The notes below the pieces were generated by a model, which searched no databases, had not been told where the DNA came from, and was given only the letters and a program-made list of their open reading frames with translations. 64,000 bases of DNA. Source: Syntrophaceae bacterium UBA2251. Its GTDB lineage: Bacteria; Desulfobacterota; Syntrophia; Syntrophales; UBA2251. The DNA is taken from assembly GCA_002347815.1 (NCBI GenBank), contig DDXV01000020.1, positions 7,554-71,553 on the forward strand, read 5' to 3'. Position numbers and translations under genes: made by a program. Every line of letters begins with the position of its first letter. The first letter of the stretch is position 1. This document shows, piece after piece, positions 63,290 to 64,000 of this stretch.

Positions 63290-64000
63290 CTACTTCATCG
63301 CCAGCAGGTGCGAGCGGAGGTTCGCGCCGCCCTTGCCCAGTCTCATTTTCCTGCGGAGGTTGTTCCGGTGGGCGTTCACCGTGCCCAGAGAGACGCCCAT
63401 CACGTGCGCGATCTCGCCCGAGGACTTCCCCTCCTTGACCAGGTTGGCGACCTGGATCTCCTTGGGCGTGAGGTTAGGATAACAGGAGGCGAGGTTGTAC
63501 ACAAAGTCCGAGGAGATGTCCATCAGGTTGGATTCCAGGACGCTCAGGGAAACCCGATCCATCGGCGCCATCTGGCCGTCCTTCAGTCTCTCCAGGTAAG
63601 GGGTGATGAGCTCCTGCATGTTGGATTTGAGCCGCGCGGACGTCAGGCGCTGATTCTGCTCCTGCTGGTCCAGAAGGACCTTGAGGGCCGTATTGAGGGC
63701 CTCGAGTTTTTCGGCCTGCAGGGCCAGGGAATCCTTGCTTTTCCGAAGCTCATCCTCCATCCGTTTGCGTTTCGTGATGTCCTGAAGGGTGCTCAAGACC
63801 AGTCGCTCGCCATCCAATTCGAAGACCTCGGCCGACAGGATGCAGCAATGGACCTCCCTGGACTTGTTCCGCCAATAGATCTCCTTGTTGCGGATCTTGC
63901 CGTCTCTTGAAAGCTGATCGAGGATCTCCCGACGCTGTTCCTCCTTCCATTCCCCGAGTTCCAGGGAGTTTTTGCCGAGCAGCTCATCGCGGGTATAGCC
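63290..64000 (-). CDS. PAS-domain LuxR-family (HTH) transcriptional regulator, 5' end beyond the window
   Basis: The frame is open to base 64000 (GYTRDELLGKNSLELG...PAS...DITKRKRMEDEL). There is a coiled coil, then a C-terminal LuxR HTH (LTPKEIQVANLVKEGKSSGEIAHVMGVSLGTVNAHRNNLRRKM). The track start at 63817 is an internal TTG. Confidence 0.88.
   Translation of the reverse strand, partial: GYTRDELLGKNSLELGEWKEEQRREILDQLSRDGKIRNKEIYWRNKSREVHCCILSAEVFELDGERLVLSTLQDITKRKRMEDELRKSKDSLALQAEKLEALNTALKVLLDQQEQNQRLTSARLKSNMQELITPYLERLKDGQMAPMDRVSLSVLESNLMDISSDFVYNLASCYPNLTPKEIQVANLVKEGKSSGEIAHVMGVSLGTVNAHRNNLRRKMRLGKGGANLRSHLLAMK

Noticed and set aside
1-64000. Search for CRISPR arrays, tandem repeats, IS elements, integrases, toxin-antitoxin pairs and recognisable defence systems.
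   Set aside because: I could not see any regularly spaced direct repeats, inverted-repeat-flanked transposase genes or known defence gene signatures. The only mobile-DNA signal is the tRNA-Asn island reported above.

Overview
This is a GC-rich bacterial chromosomal segment. The gene content (2-oxoacid:ferredoxin oxidoreductase, class I Fe-S fumarase, QueG, many Fe-S proteins) suggests an anaerobe, possibly Desulfobacterota-like, but that taxon is inference only. I can support about 57 protein genes, 3 tRNAs, an SRP RNA and 2 cobalamin riboswitches.

Left to right:
- Partial nhaA.
- A minus-strand osmoadaptation operon: MPGP-family phosphatase, MscS channel, GT2 glycosyltransferase and a GpgS/MpgS-like synthase.
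- An MBL hydrolase.
- A C_GCAxxG_C_C gene with an in-frame TGA at its first conserved Cys (candidate selenoprotein).
- MATE efflux pump, then trkH-trkA.
- A MaoC dehydratase pair.
- A riboswitch-controlled btuCD-like operon and a riboswitch-controlled TonB-dependent receptor.
- A decayed, chimeric yyaL-like gene and an FAD oxidoreductase.
- A beta-CASP nuclease.
- A MacAB-like ABC exporter.
- A long minus-strand operon: cstA, small protein, ArsA-like ATPase, membrane protein, panE-like, hydroxyacid dehydrogenase, aminotransferase.
- queG, tauE, a zincin-like protein, a HEAT-repeat protein, tonB and a HAMP/PAS sensor.
- tadA, 2x tRNA-Ser, ffs, dnaX, ybaB, recR.
- Fumarase alpha and beta subunits.
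- A four-subunit 2-oxoacid:ferredoxin oxidoreductase with an SfrB/GltD-like flavoprotein and a NuoG-N-like ferredoxin.
- tRNA-Asn.

Immediately after tRNA-Asn the composition becomes visibly more AT-rich for about 10.2 kb (kdpFABCDE plus an AAA ATPase). This stretch is bounded by an 11-bp repeat of the tRNA 3' end, so it is probably a genomic island. The window ends inside a PAS/LuxR regulator.

I saw no CRISPR array, transposase or integrase. Many long ORFs in the track are antisense shadows typical of high-GC DNA.
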